From positions 16,616,001-16,680,000 of the forward strand of contig NC_086108.1 in NCBI RefSeq assembly GCF_963921235.1: a stretch of 64,000 bases of DNA, written 5' to 3'. The notes under the pieces were generated by a model. It was not told the origin of the DNA. It was given only the letters and a program-made list of their open reading frames with translations, and searched no databases. Both the position numbers and the translations under genes were made by a program. Shown here piece after piece: positions 1 through 12,366 of the stretch. The stretch is from Mobula hypostoma (lineage: Eukaryota). The first letter of the stretch is position 1; each line of letters starts with the position of its first letter.

Positions 1-377
1 GGTGTGCTGACAACAACCTGGCTCTTAACACCCAGAAGACCAAGGAGATCATTGTGGACTTCAGGCATGCTAGGAGCCACACTCATGTCTCTATCTACAT
101 CAACAGAGCTGTAGTGGAGTGTGTATCAAGCTTCAAATTCCTTGGTGTCCACATTTCTGAGGATCTCACCTGGTCCTGAACTCCTCCATCCTGATCAAAA
201 AGGCGCAAGATTAGATTAGATTAGATTAGGTTATGAGGATACGCAGTCCTCTTTTATTGTCATTTAGTAATATATGCATTAAGAAATGATACAATTTGTT
301 CCTCCAGAATGATATCACAGAAACACAAGACAAACCAAGACTAAAAAACCTGACAAAAACCACATAATTATAACATA

Positions 378-1353
378 TGTGACAAGAATACACATAGATG
401 ACGATGTAGCTGTCCTGTGCTGGCACCAGTGGAATCAGCAGTTGGTCTGCCACCTGTCTTCAGGAGAGAGAGATAAGGAAAACAATGGAGCAGCATTTGG
501 AGATGTTAATGAAGGAAGGAGAGCTGTCAAGAGCGGCTCACCCTTTGAACCCCGAACTGTTTGAAGTGATGGACAGGCGATACCCCAGCAGGGGGATAAA
601 AAGGGACAGGTTCGCTAAGGCGACACACACACGACACCCGAGGTAACAAGACCCTGGAAGCGGTGCGTCTCTCACAAGTCGGTGGGAAGTATCGGGCCAT
701 AGACGCACAGGGTGAAAAGGCACGATCGGCGGGAACCTGGTGTGCGTCCACCCTTGCCTGGGTGCCAGGTTCGCCGCAGAGAAACGATCGCATCTGGAAA
801 CGGAGGGGTCACGGTCGGTGACCTCAGATGACATCACAAAGGACTCGCCCGAAAGCTGACTGCGAAGGTCTGTGTGGAAGTCGTTTTGAATATTCATTCG
901 TTTTGCTCTCTCTCTCTCTCCTTCCCCCACACTGTCCATCTCCCACGGCAGCGATTACTGCGAACTGAACTGAACTAAATTGAACTGAACTTTGTGTCAC
1001 TTTGAAACTGGTCATTTACCCCTAGACAACGATAAAGCTTGATTGATCCTGTTATCTGAATTCTGTGTACATGTACATGGGGATCAGGGGGTATGGAGGG
1101 AAGGCTGGGGCGGGGTTCTGAGTTGGATGATCAGCCATGATCATAATAAATGGCCGAATGGCCTACTCCTGCACCTATTTTCTATGTTTCTATGTATGTT
1201 TATCATTGCTGAACTGTTGCATTCATTATCCTTTTGATTAGAGTACTGTGTTGCTTGTTTCTTTAATAAAACTTTCTTAGTTCTAGTAATCCAGACTCCA
1301 ACTGAGTGATCCATTTCTGCTGGGTTGGCAACCCAGTTACGGGGTACGTAACA
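378..1353 (+). mobile_element. Solo LTR
   Basis: TGTGAC...GTAACA termini; 4-bp TSD cata at 374-377 and 1354-1357; TATA-like gataaaaa near 596; aataaa near 1265. Confidence 0.85.
1080..1195 (+). mobile_element. CR1 3' tail fragment inside the solo LTR
   Basis: gatcagggggtatgg...ggccgaatggcctactcctgcacctattttctatgtttctatg; nearly the same tail as 50640-50777. Confidence 0.8.
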
Positions 1354-2774
1354 CATATAGTTACAACAGTGCAAGCAATACTGTAATTTGATAGAAGAAC
1401 AGACCATGGGCACGGTAAAAAAAAATCTCAAAGTCTCTCGAAAGTCCCATCATCTCATGCAGACTGTTGAAGGAAGAAAACTCTTCCTGCCATGAGTTTC
1501 CAGCGCTGCAAACTTGCCGATGCAGCATCCTGGAAACACCTGACCACAGTCCGACTCAGAGTCCGCCCGAAAACTTTGAGCCTCCGACCAGCTCTCCGAC
1601 ACCGAGCACCATCTCTGCCAAGCACTTCGACCCCGGCCCCGGCAATAGGCAAAGCCGAGGATTTGGGGCCTTCCCCTCCGGAGTTTCTCAATCGCACAGT
1701 AGCAGCAGCAGCGAAGCAGGCAGTTTCTCCATATGTTCCTCCATGCTTCTCATGGCTGTCTCCATCAAACCAGGATTGTGGATGGCATCCTACTTCACAA
1801 ATACGATATCAATTCGGAGCGGCTGCACGCACTGCGTCGCGTCGCCATCTTCTCCTCCCCTCTTATTTCCTGCAGAACATCAAGATAGCTCACCCCTGTC
1901 CCAGGATACTAACGGACTTCTACCGCTGTATCATTAAGAGCATATTCACCAACTGCACCTCAGTGTGGTATGGCAATTGTCCCATATTGGACCGCAAAGC
2001 ACTCCAGCGTGTGGTGAAAACTGCCCAGCGGATTATCGGCACCCAATTGCCCACCATTGAGAACATCTACCATAAACGCTGCCTGGGTAGGGTGAAAAGC
2101 ATTATCAAGGATGCATCTCACCCTATCCATGGACTTTTCACTCTCCTCCCATCTGGTAGGCACTACAGGAGCCTCCACTCCCGCACCAGTAGGCACAGGG
2201 AGAGCTTCTTCCCTGAGGCTGTGACCCTGCTGAATCTCCCATCACAGTGCTAAGCAGTATTGCACCCATATTGTACTGTCTCAGTACTTTCATATTTGTG
2301 TGCTGTAGCACTTACTTTTTATTCGCAGTTATTTTGTAAATAACACTATTCTTTGCATTTCTGGTCAGATGCTAACTGCATTTCATTGGCTTTGTATCTG
2401 TACTTGGCGCAATGACAATAAAGTTGAATCTAATCTAATCTAATCTAATTCAGGTTCATTGTGATCTCTTCTGGGCTAGAGATGACCTGTACAGGATGGA
2501 TGGATTGTATTTGAACCAGAAGGTGACCATTACTTTAATGCAGAAATTTGCTATGCCACCAGGGAGGTTTATACTAAATTGACAGAAGAGTGGGACCTGA
2601 GAGAGTGAAGTCAGTGAGAGACGGGGATGCATACAGCAACCAAAATGTGCAAGCCTGGCAATCAAGATAGCCACGTTTACTGCTTTAAATTGCATCCAGT
2701 TCAATGTATGTAGCTTAACAGGTAAGGCAGAAGAACTGAGGGTGTGGATTGCCTCTAGGGACTGAGATAATGCA

Positions 2775-3417
2775 GCCATAACTTTGACAAACTTTTATAG
2801 ATGAGTGGTGGACTGTATATTGACTGGTTGCATCACGACTTGGTATGGAAACACCAACACCCTTGAATGAAAAATTCTGCAAAAAAGTAAAGGATACAGC
2901 CCAGTCCACCGCATGTAAAGTCCTCCCCACCATTGAGCACATCTATATAGAGCGCTATTGCAGGAAAGCAACATCCATCATCAAGGACCTGCACCACCCA
3001 GGCCATGCTCTCTTCTTACTGCTGCCATCAGGAAGAAGGTACAAAACCCTCAGGACCCACACCAGCAAGTTCAGGAGTCTTCAACGATCAGGCTCTTGAA
3101 CCAGAGGGAATAACTTCACTCTCCCCATCACAGAACTCTTCCCACAACTTATAGACTTATTTTCTACGACTCTTCATCTCATGTTCTTGAAATTTATTGC
3201 TTATTTATTTATTATTTTTCCCTCTCTTTTGTATTTGTACAGTTTGTTGTCCTTTGTACATTGGCTGTTTGTCTGTCCGCCCTGTTGGGTGCAGTCTTTC
3301 ATTGACTGTACTGTCTTTCTTGGGTTTACTGTGTATGCCTGGAAGAAAATGTATCTCAGGATTGTATATGGTAACATATACTTACATTGATAATAAATTT
3401 ACTTTGAATTTTGAACA
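2775..3417 (+). mobile_element. Rex1/Babar-type LINE (family B) 3' fragment
   Basis: LPTIEHIYIERYCRKATSIIKDLHHPGHALFLLLPSGRRY; tail aataaatttactttgaattttgaac. Confidence 0.82.
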
Positions 3418-4509
3418 TAGTTGAGAAAAGAACAGTACTGGCAACTAAATGTTCTGAGATACTGATGCATTTGGCATGACAGAGGAACAGGTAGGGGTAG
3501 AACAGGTGTGACCCTTTTAATAAAGACAAAACAGCGGTGTTTAGAGAGGGTATTCTTGATGGATCATCTTATGAGGTCATTTGGGTAAAACTTAGAAATA
3601 AGAAGGGGATGATCACTTTGGTAAGACTATATTACAGAGCTGCCCCCAATAATCAACAGGAACTTGAGGGGCAGATGTGCTGGGAAATTACATATAGTTG
3701 TGAGAATAGTAGGGGTAGTGCTTGTGAGAGATTTCAGATTTCCTGGTATCGACTGGGTCATCCAGAGTGCAAAGGGCTTGGAAGAGGCAGAATCTATGCA
3801 GTGGGTTCAAGATAGTTGCCTCACGCAATACATAGAGGAACCTACTTGGTAGGAGCTATACTGGCCCTCCTCTTAGGGAAACAGAGAAGCCAAGTAACTG
3901 AAGTGGCAGCAGGGGAGCACTTTGGATCCAGTGACCCCAAATTTTTAGCTTTTGAGTAGTCATGGAAAAAAGACAGAATAGGTCCACAGGTTAACGTCTT
4001 GAACTGGAGAAGGCTAACTTTGAGAGCATGAGGCAGGAGGTAGCTGAGGTTGACTGAGTAACTCTATTTAAAGTCAAAAGGAACAGTTGACAAGTGGGAG
4101 GATTTAAAAGGGTCCAGGGGCAGCCTTTTCCTGTTAGGGTGAAGGGTAGGCATATGAAGTTAAATGAACCCTGGGCTAGCCTACTGAGGCTATATGAGCA
4201 GGATTATATTATTGACCTCCCCCCAACAGAAGGATTTAGAGGATTAAATTTGTATAGTAGTAGCATACAGTTGCAAGGAATATAAGCTTGTGATAGTAGG
4301 TGATTTTAACTTTCCACATATTGACTGGGACTCCTATACTATGAAAGGACTGGATGGGAGTTTGTCAAACGTGTTCAAGAAAGTTTCCCATATCAATATA
4401 TAGAGGTTTGAACTAGAGAGAGCGTGATAATGGGTTTCCTATCAGGGATTGAGGTACGGCAGGTGACAGAGGTGTGTCTTGTGGAACACCTTGGATCCAC
4501 TGATACATT

Positions 4510-5320
4510 AAGAGCAAAAGGGGTGGAGCTTAGGAGGCCATCGAGGAGGAGCTTAGGAGGATTAGTGGTGCCTAACAGTGACTCCTTTGCTTGTATCTTC
4601 GGAAACAGCTTTACTTCCATCTTTAATATCTCCATTTTCCCCTTTTAGGGTCCTTTTAAAGACCCTGACCTGGAGTAACACACTGACTACAGTTCTTTGT
4701 GGGAATGGGACCCGCTCTGGGGTTTCATGAATAACCGTTGTTTGGCACGCCAAGGACCTGGCCTAAGAGCTTTGCTCGCCTTTGTAGGACTGAGATTTTG
4801 TGGCTCTGGAATCGGAGGGATCGGAGGTCAGTGCCTCTGCAGGAGATTGGTGTGTTATTGGAGACAGAGGGTTCAGAAGTCAGTATCTCTGTAGGAGATT
4901 GGTGTGTCATTGGAGATGGAAGATCTCTGGCAGTGTGCCCAGAGACCTGAGATCTTTCTCACTTATTAGGGAGAGAGAGAGAGCCTGTGGTATGTCAAAT
5001 ACCAGGTGAACAAGTAATCTTTGGGTCAACTGCAAGTCTGTGTCTTTGCTGTTGCTTTGCTCACACTTGAGTGCTCGGTGGTAGTCAACGTTTCGGGCTG
5101 AGACCCTTCATTTCCACGGATGCTGCCTGACCTGCTGAGTTCCTCCAGCATTTTGTGTGTGTTGCTTTGACCCTAGCATCTGTAGAATATTTTGTATTTA
5201 ACTGTCATTTATTCTTTGTGGGCACTCCTCTGTTTTTGTGGATGGTTGTGAAGAAAAAAACATTGCAGGATATACATTGTATACATTTCTCTGACATTAA
5301 ATGTACCTTTGAAACTTTGA
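4510..5320 (+). mobile_element. Non-coding SINE-like element with a family-B-like tail and an internal ~50-bp tandem duplication
   Basis: Tail attaaatgtacctttgaaactttgaaa. Duplicated unit gtcagt..ctctg.aggagattggtgtgt.attggaga at ~4826 and ~4879. Contains a Penelope tail fragment at ~5083-5190. Confidence 0.55.
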
Positions 5321-7147
5321 AAAGGAAAGCAGGGGACAAAATTGGTCCAGCTGAAGATCAGCGTCGTCATCTATACTGGAGATGGATGAGATGGGGGAGA
5401 TCTTAAATGGACTTTCTGCATCTGTGTTTACTCAGGAGATGGATACAGGACCTATAGAACTGAAGCAAAACAGTAGTGAAGTGAAGGATTCTATCCAGAT
5501 TACAGAAGAGGAAGTGGGAGGCCAAGGAATAAATGGTGAAGGCCATTTCAGAGATATATGCTTCAGTGTTAGTCACTCGTAACATTTCAGAAAACTGGAA
5601 TGTGCCTAATATTGTTCCATTATTCTATAAGGGTAGCAAGGACATACCAGGGAAATAAAGGCCAGTGAGCCTGACTTCAGTTGTAAGGATGTTACAGGAG
5701 GGAATTCTGAGGGACAAGATCTACCATCTCTTGGAGAGTCAAGGCCTGATCAGGAATAGTCAGCATGTTTTTGTGCATGGGAGGTCACATCTGGAGAATG
5801 TTTGGGAGTTTTTTGACCAGGTAACTAAGAGGACTGGGGAAGTGGATGTTGTCGATATGGACTTTTGTAAGGCCTATTGACAAGGTTCCATACCTCTGGA
5901 AGATCAGGTCACATGGGATTCGGGGGAGCTAGCAAGGTGGATTCAGAATTTTCTCGATGACAGGAAGCACAGGGTGATGGTTGAAAGTCAATTTTCTGAC
6001 TGGAGGTCTGCGACTAGTGGGGTGTCCCAGGATTCAGTGTTGGGATGGCTGTTATTCATTACCTGTGTAAATGATTTGGAAATGAATGTACATTGCACAA
6101 GTTGATAGTCTTGTTGACAGTGAAGCAGGTTACAATGATTTGTAAAGACATCTTGATTGGTTAGGGAGATGGGCTGCAGAACGGCAAATGGATTTTAACT
6201 TAGATTAAGCGTGAGGTGATTATTCTGGACATTCAAACCAGGGTAAGACTTTTACAGTGAATAGCAGGGCACTCACAAGTATTGTGGAACAGAGGGACCT
6301 AAAGTACAAAAGCACAGAGTGGTAAAGAAGTGTCCAGCATGCTGCCTTTCATCAGTCATGGCACCGAATTTAGGAACATAATGTTGCAGTTATAAAAGTT
6401 TTTGGTTTGACTGCATTTGAGAGTATTGTGTCCAGTTTTCAACACCCCTTTATAGGAAATACATCGCCAAGCTGGAGAGGTTGCTGAAGAGATTTACAAG
6501 GATTATGTCTGGACCAGAATGCTTGAGTGGTGACTTCACTGAAGTTTATAAAATCATGAGGGGTATGGATAAAGAGGATGTTCTTTGTCTTTACCCCTGA
6601 AATGGGGAGTCCAAAACTAGAGGGCACAGATACAAGATAAGGAAGAAGTTATTTAAAGGAAATCTGAGAGGTAACTTCTTCATACAGAGGGTATTGGGCA
6701 CCTGGAATGTTCCAACAGTGGAAGTAGTCAAAGCCAGTTATTACCCTCTATGTACATTCCAAATGCCTCTTAATTGCAACATTTAAGAAGCATTTGGAAA
6801 GTACATAGAGGGTAATAACTGAATGCAGGCATTAGGGAAGATGCTGTAGTCAGCTGTTGAACTGAAGGGCCTGCTTCTGTCTTGTATTAATCATGGTCTG
6901 TGCCATGATTTTCCGTAACACAAACCAAGAAATGCGAGTTAGAAAAAAAAAATTCACTTTACCTACACGAAAGTGAATTTTATTTGAATCTCAATTTTTT
7001 GGATAGCGATTTGTGAATATTCAGTGTGGATGAATTATCATTACACAGGGGTCACTTGTGTTTGAATAAATCCTTTGCATCTCCAATTTCAGAACCCACT
7101 CTGAATTTAGGAAATAGTCCAGAACTTTGAGTGGTGGGATGGAGATA

Positions 7148-8087
<940 letters not shown>

Positions 8088-8307
8088 CCCCATCATTTCA
8101 ATCATTAATGTATAGAGTGAAAAACTGCCAGCCCAGCAGTAACCCTTGAAAATGGCCTCTTTATCCCCACTCCCTGACTTCTGCCAGTCAGCCAATCTTC
8201 TATTTAGCTAGTACCACGACTCTAACACAACAGGGTCTTATATTGTTTAGCAGCCTTCTGTGTTGCACCTTGTCAAATGTCTGAAAATTGAAGCAAATAA
8301 CATCCAA

Positions 8308-9225
8308 GAGAAAATCTACAGTTGTTGGAAGTCCAAGCAAACACAAAAAATGCTGGAGGAACTCAGCAGGCCAGGCAGCATCTATGGAAAAGAGTACAGT
8401 CGACATTTTGGGCTGAGACCCTTCATCAAAATTGGAGAAAAAAGATGAGGAGTCAGATTAAGAAGGTGGGGAGGGGGGAGAGGAGGAAGAAACACAAAGC
8501 AATAGGTGAAACGGAGGTGGAGGAGAAGGGTGAAGTTAAGAGCTGGGAAGTTGATTGGTGAAAGAGATACAGAGCTGGAGGAGGGAAGTGGAACTAAAAT
8601 GGGAGGCCACTGAGAAATCCCGCTTTTTCTGGTGGATGGAGTGTAGGTCCTCGGTGAAGTGGTCTCCCAATCTACGCAGGGTCTCACCAATATAAAGGAG
8701 GCCGCACCAGGAGCACCGGGTATAGTCGATGACCCCAACAGACTCACAGATATGCTTCGCCTCACCTAGAAGGCCTGTTTGGAGCCTTGAATGGAAGTGA
8801 GGGCGGAAGTGTAGGGCAGGTGTAGCACTTGTTCCACTTGCAAGGATAAGTGCCAGGAGGGAAATCAGTGGAGAAGGTCGAATGGACAAAGGCGTTGGGT
8901 AGGGAGCTATCCCTGTGGAAAGCAGAAAGTGGGGGGAGGGAAAGATGTGCTTGGTGGTGGGATCCTGTTGAGAGCTGGTGGAAGTTACAGAGAATTATGT
9001 GCTAGATGCAGAGGCTGGTGGGGTGTTAGGTGAGGACAAGAGGAACTCTATCCCTGATGGGGTGGTGAGAGGATGGGGTGAGAGCAGACATGCACAAAAT
9101 GGATGTGATGTGGTTGAGGTCAGTGTTGATGCTGGAAGAAGGGAAGCCCCTTTCTTTGAAGGAGGACATCTCCTTAGTTCTGGAATGAAAGGCCTCACCC
9201 TGAGAGCTGATGTGGCGGTGACTGA
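8308..9225 (-). mobile_element. Penelope-like element fragment (GIY-YIG endonuclease region plus terminal repeat), degraded
   Basis: GVIDYTRCSWCGLLYIGETLRRLGDHFTEDLHSI; terminal repeat with a decayed hammerhead at ~8398-8430. Confidence 0.85.
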
Positions 9226-9299
9226 CTCTCTTAACAAAATCATGCTGACCTCTCCCTATTTCATCATGTACTCTAAAATTTTATCTATAATGTGTCGCT

Positions 9300-10505
9300 A
9301 ATTGTTGAGACATACCTGGCAGACAAAACTATATGAATAGAAAAAGAGTAGAGATGGCCAATTGAGATAGAAACGGATAGCAATGGTTTGTTATTTGATT
9401 GCTTGTCAATCATGAAATCGATCTGTTAAGAAAGAGATTTAATGGTGCAACTATACCACTGAGACTTTACTGTAATTTGCCAATTAGTAGAAAAATACTG
9501 AGCAGCAAATTTGCAGGTCATAGGTAGTGATGATGAGGGATTTGAACTGTCTAAACACCGTCTGAAAGAGCAGTAGCACAAAAAGATAAGTGGGAGGACT
9601 TCCTTAAGCACATTTGGATTAACTCTGCTGATCAGTGTGTTTCTGGCCCAACGAAAAAAGAGGCAATGTTGCATAGTTATGGGAAATGAGCCAGAATAAG
9701 TGGAGTATGTTTCAGCAGGGATAAATCTAGGAATAGTCACCATGACATCATGGAGCTTAAAACAGCTACAGGAAAAGGTGTCGAACACAACAAATCAAAA
9801 AAGTACATCGGAGAAGAGCCAATTTCAAAGGGCGAGAATAGGGAATCAAAGTTTGGTAGATAAAACCGCGATTAAACAATTGAAGGCTTTTTAAAGTAGA
9901 GAAGTTTAGGCTAAATTGCAATCCTAGTATCCTACAAAATTGCAGCCAAATTATCTGGATGACTAAAGAGGTAAGGTAAAAATGAGCAGAAAAAATATGA
10001 AAGATGCAAAATGAGAATGAAGTAGACAATAGAAAGCTTGGAGGGGAAATAAAAGAATCAAAGAAATAGCTTGAGAAACATTGGCAGCAAAAAGAAACAA
10101 ATTCAATAAATAAACATCCAATAATGTGAATAGGAAAATGATTGTAAGAGGTAGGTTGCTGATCTGAAATAAAAAGAAAATATATTCAAAGAGGGAGTAT
10201 AATAAATAAATATTTAGTATCAGTTTTTTAACCAAAGATGATGATGTTGTTGGAGTCACAGTAAAGGAAGATGGAATTCTGGATGGACTATGGTGCCTTT
10301 TCCCTAGGCAGCAATGGCTAATACCAGAGGACATTCTTTTAAGATGAGTGGAGGAAAGTTTAATGGAGGAGTCAGAGGTAGCTTTTTTTTTTAACACAGG
10401 AAATAATAGGTGCCTGGAACACAATGCCAAGGGTGGTGGCTGAAGCTGACACGTGGGGAATATTTAACTCTTAGATACGCACATATTTGTTGGAAAAATG
10501 GAGGG
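9300..10505 (+). mobile_element. Very old CR1 remnant
   Basis: Residual similarity to CR1 endonuclease and 3' segments (accagaggacattcttttaagatg.gtggaggaaagttt...gcctggaac); no open frame. Confidence 0.55.
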
Positions 10506-10521
10506 CAAAAGGCTAAACTTA

Positions 10522-10680
10522 AACACAAGATATTCTGAAGATGCTGAAAATCCAGAGAACACACACAAAATGCTGAAGGAACTCAGCAGATCAGGCAACA
10601 TATATGCAGAGGAATAAACAGTTGCTGTTTCAGGCCTCGACCTTTCATCAGGACCGTAAAGGAAGGGGGAAGCAGCTTTA
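10522..10680 (-). mobile_element. Penelope-derived terminal-repeat fragment
   Basis: acacacaaaatgctgaaggaactcagcagatcaggca...gtttcaggcctcgacctttcatcagga (decayed hammerhead). Confidence 0.75.
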
Positions 10681-12272
10681 CTGTTCTATGTTCCATGTTA
10701 AAAAATGTCTAGGGATAAACTGAGTAACTACAGTTCTGTCAGCTTGACCTCAGTAGTGGGGTGATTTCTAGAAATAAAACAAATCAGTATCAGTATTAAC
10801 ACAGAAGGGTAGGGAAAGGAAGAGGAGGGCAGTAGTAATAGGGGACTCGATAGTTAGGGGGTCAGATAGGCAATTCTGTGGATGTAGTCAGGAGACCTGG
10901 ATGGCAGTTTACCTCCCTGGTGCCAGGGTCCGGGATGTTTCTGATCGCGTCCAAGATAATCCTGAAGTGGGAGGATGAGGAGCCAGAGGTCGTGGTACAT
11001 ATAGGTATCAATGACATAGGTAGGAAAAGGGAAGAGGTCCTGAAAGGAGAATATAGGGAGTTAGGAAGGGAGTTGAGAAGAAGGACGGGAAAGGTAGTAA
11101 TCTCGGGATTACTGCCTGTGCCATGTGACAGTGAGAATAGGAATGGAATGAAGTAGAGGATAAATGCGTGGCTGAGGGATTGGAGCAAGGGGCAGGAATT
11201 CAAGTTTCTGGATCATTGGGACCTCTTTTGGCACAGGTGTGACCTGTACAAAAAGGACGGGTTGCACTTGAATCCTGGGGGACCAATATCCTGGTGGGGA
11301 GATATGCGAAGGCTACTGGGGAGACTTTAAACTAGAATGGTTGAGGGGTGGGAATCAAATTGAAGAGACTCGGAGGGAGGAGGTTGGTTCACAGATGGAG
11401 AGAGCTGGTGGACGGTGTGTGAGGGAGGGTGGGCAGAGGACACAGAACGGGAGCACTCAGACCCAAGATGTAGGGGAGAAGGAAGAAAAAGATAACAAAA
11501 GTTGTTTGCACCATTAGGGATAAACAGAGAGTAAGAGGTGGAGAGTTTCTTAAATGCATCTATTTTAATGCTAGAAGCATTGTAAGAAAGGTGGATGAGC
11601 TTAGAGCATGGATTGATACTTGGAAATATGATGTTGTAGCTATTAGTGAAACATGGTTGCAGGAGGGGTGTGATTGTCAACTAAATATTCCTGGATTTTG
11701 TTGCTTCAGGTGTGCAAGAGGGGAAGGTGTTACGTTGCTTGTCAGAGAAAATATTACGACTGCGCTTTGGCAGGATAGATTACAGGACTCGTCTAGGGAG
11801 GCTATTTGGGTGGAATTGAGGAATGGGAAAGGTGTAGCAATGCTTATAGGGGTGTATTATAGACCACCTAATGGGGAGCGAGAATTGGAGGAGGAAATTT
11901 GTAAGGAAATAGCAGATATCTGTAGTAAGCACAAGGTTGTGATTGTGGGAGATTTTAATTTTCCACACATAGACTGGGAAACCCATTCTGTAAAAGGGCT
12001 GGATGGTTTGGAGTTTGTAAAATGTGTGCAAGATAGTTTTTTGCAGCAATACATAGAGGTACCAACTAGAGAAGGGGCAGTGTTGGATCTCCTGTTAGGG
12101 AATGAGATAGGTCAGGTGACAGAGGTATGTGTTGGGGAGCACTTCGGGTCCAGTGATCACAATGCCATTAGTTTCAATGTAATTATGGAGAAGGATAGGA
12201 CTGGACCCCAGGGTTGAGATTTTTGATTGGAGAAAGGCTAACTTTGAGGAGATGCGAAAGGATTTAGAAGGA

Positions 12273-12366
12273 ACACACATCAAAGTTGCTGGTGAACGCA
12301 GCAGGCCAGGCAGCATCTCTAGGAAGAGGTACAGTCGACGTTTCGGGCCGAGACCCTTCGTCAGGA
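12273..12366 (-). mobile_element. ~94-bp Penelope-derived mini-insertion (hammerhead plus tail) with TSD
   Basis: Duplication aggatttagaagga at 12259-12272 and 12363-12376. The paralogous CR1 at ~34152-34187 has the empty site. Confidence 0.92.
12333..12366 (-). ncRNA. Minimal type I hammerhead ribozyme motif (core intact, stem I shortened)
   Basis: Reverse complement: tc-CTGACGA-agggtctcggccc-GAAACGTC-gact. Confidence 0.7.

Larger units (their letters stand above)
209..1862 (-). mobile_element. Non-autonomous LINE-derived (SINE-like) element with a (TAATC)n tail
   Basis: On the minus strand it starts ggggaggagaagatggcg and ends aatgacaataaaagaggac...(ctaat)n. No coding capacity. It interrupts family A between aaggcgcaa and ttatttcctg. 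Confidence 0.7.
1..2450 (+). mobile_element. Rex1/Babar-type LINE (family A) 3' part, split by a nested insertion at 209-1862
   Basis: RT C-terminal motifs ([61 protein letters not shown]). Tail aataaagttgaa(tctaa)n. Same family as 14672-15526 and 59240-60957. Confidence 0.88.
2452..6900 (+). mobile_element. Old degraded CR1 LINE pieces (end of ORF1, endonuclease, RT, 3' end), interrupted by younger elements
   Basis: Fragments IWVKLRNKKGMITLVRLYYR, SLTSVVRMLQEGILRDKIYHLLE..GLIRNSQHVFVHGRS and VDVVDMDFCKAY, with many stops. Confidence 0.8.

Noticed and set aside
209..230. (GATTA)n / (TAATC)n tracts as telomere-like repeats
   Set aside because: They follow AATAAA at LINE/SINE 3' ends (also 2430-2450, 15515, 59240) and are retroposon tails.
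1492..2253. 253-aa ORF as a host gene
   Set aside because: Chance read-through from the antisense of a non-coding retroposon into a LINE RT tail.
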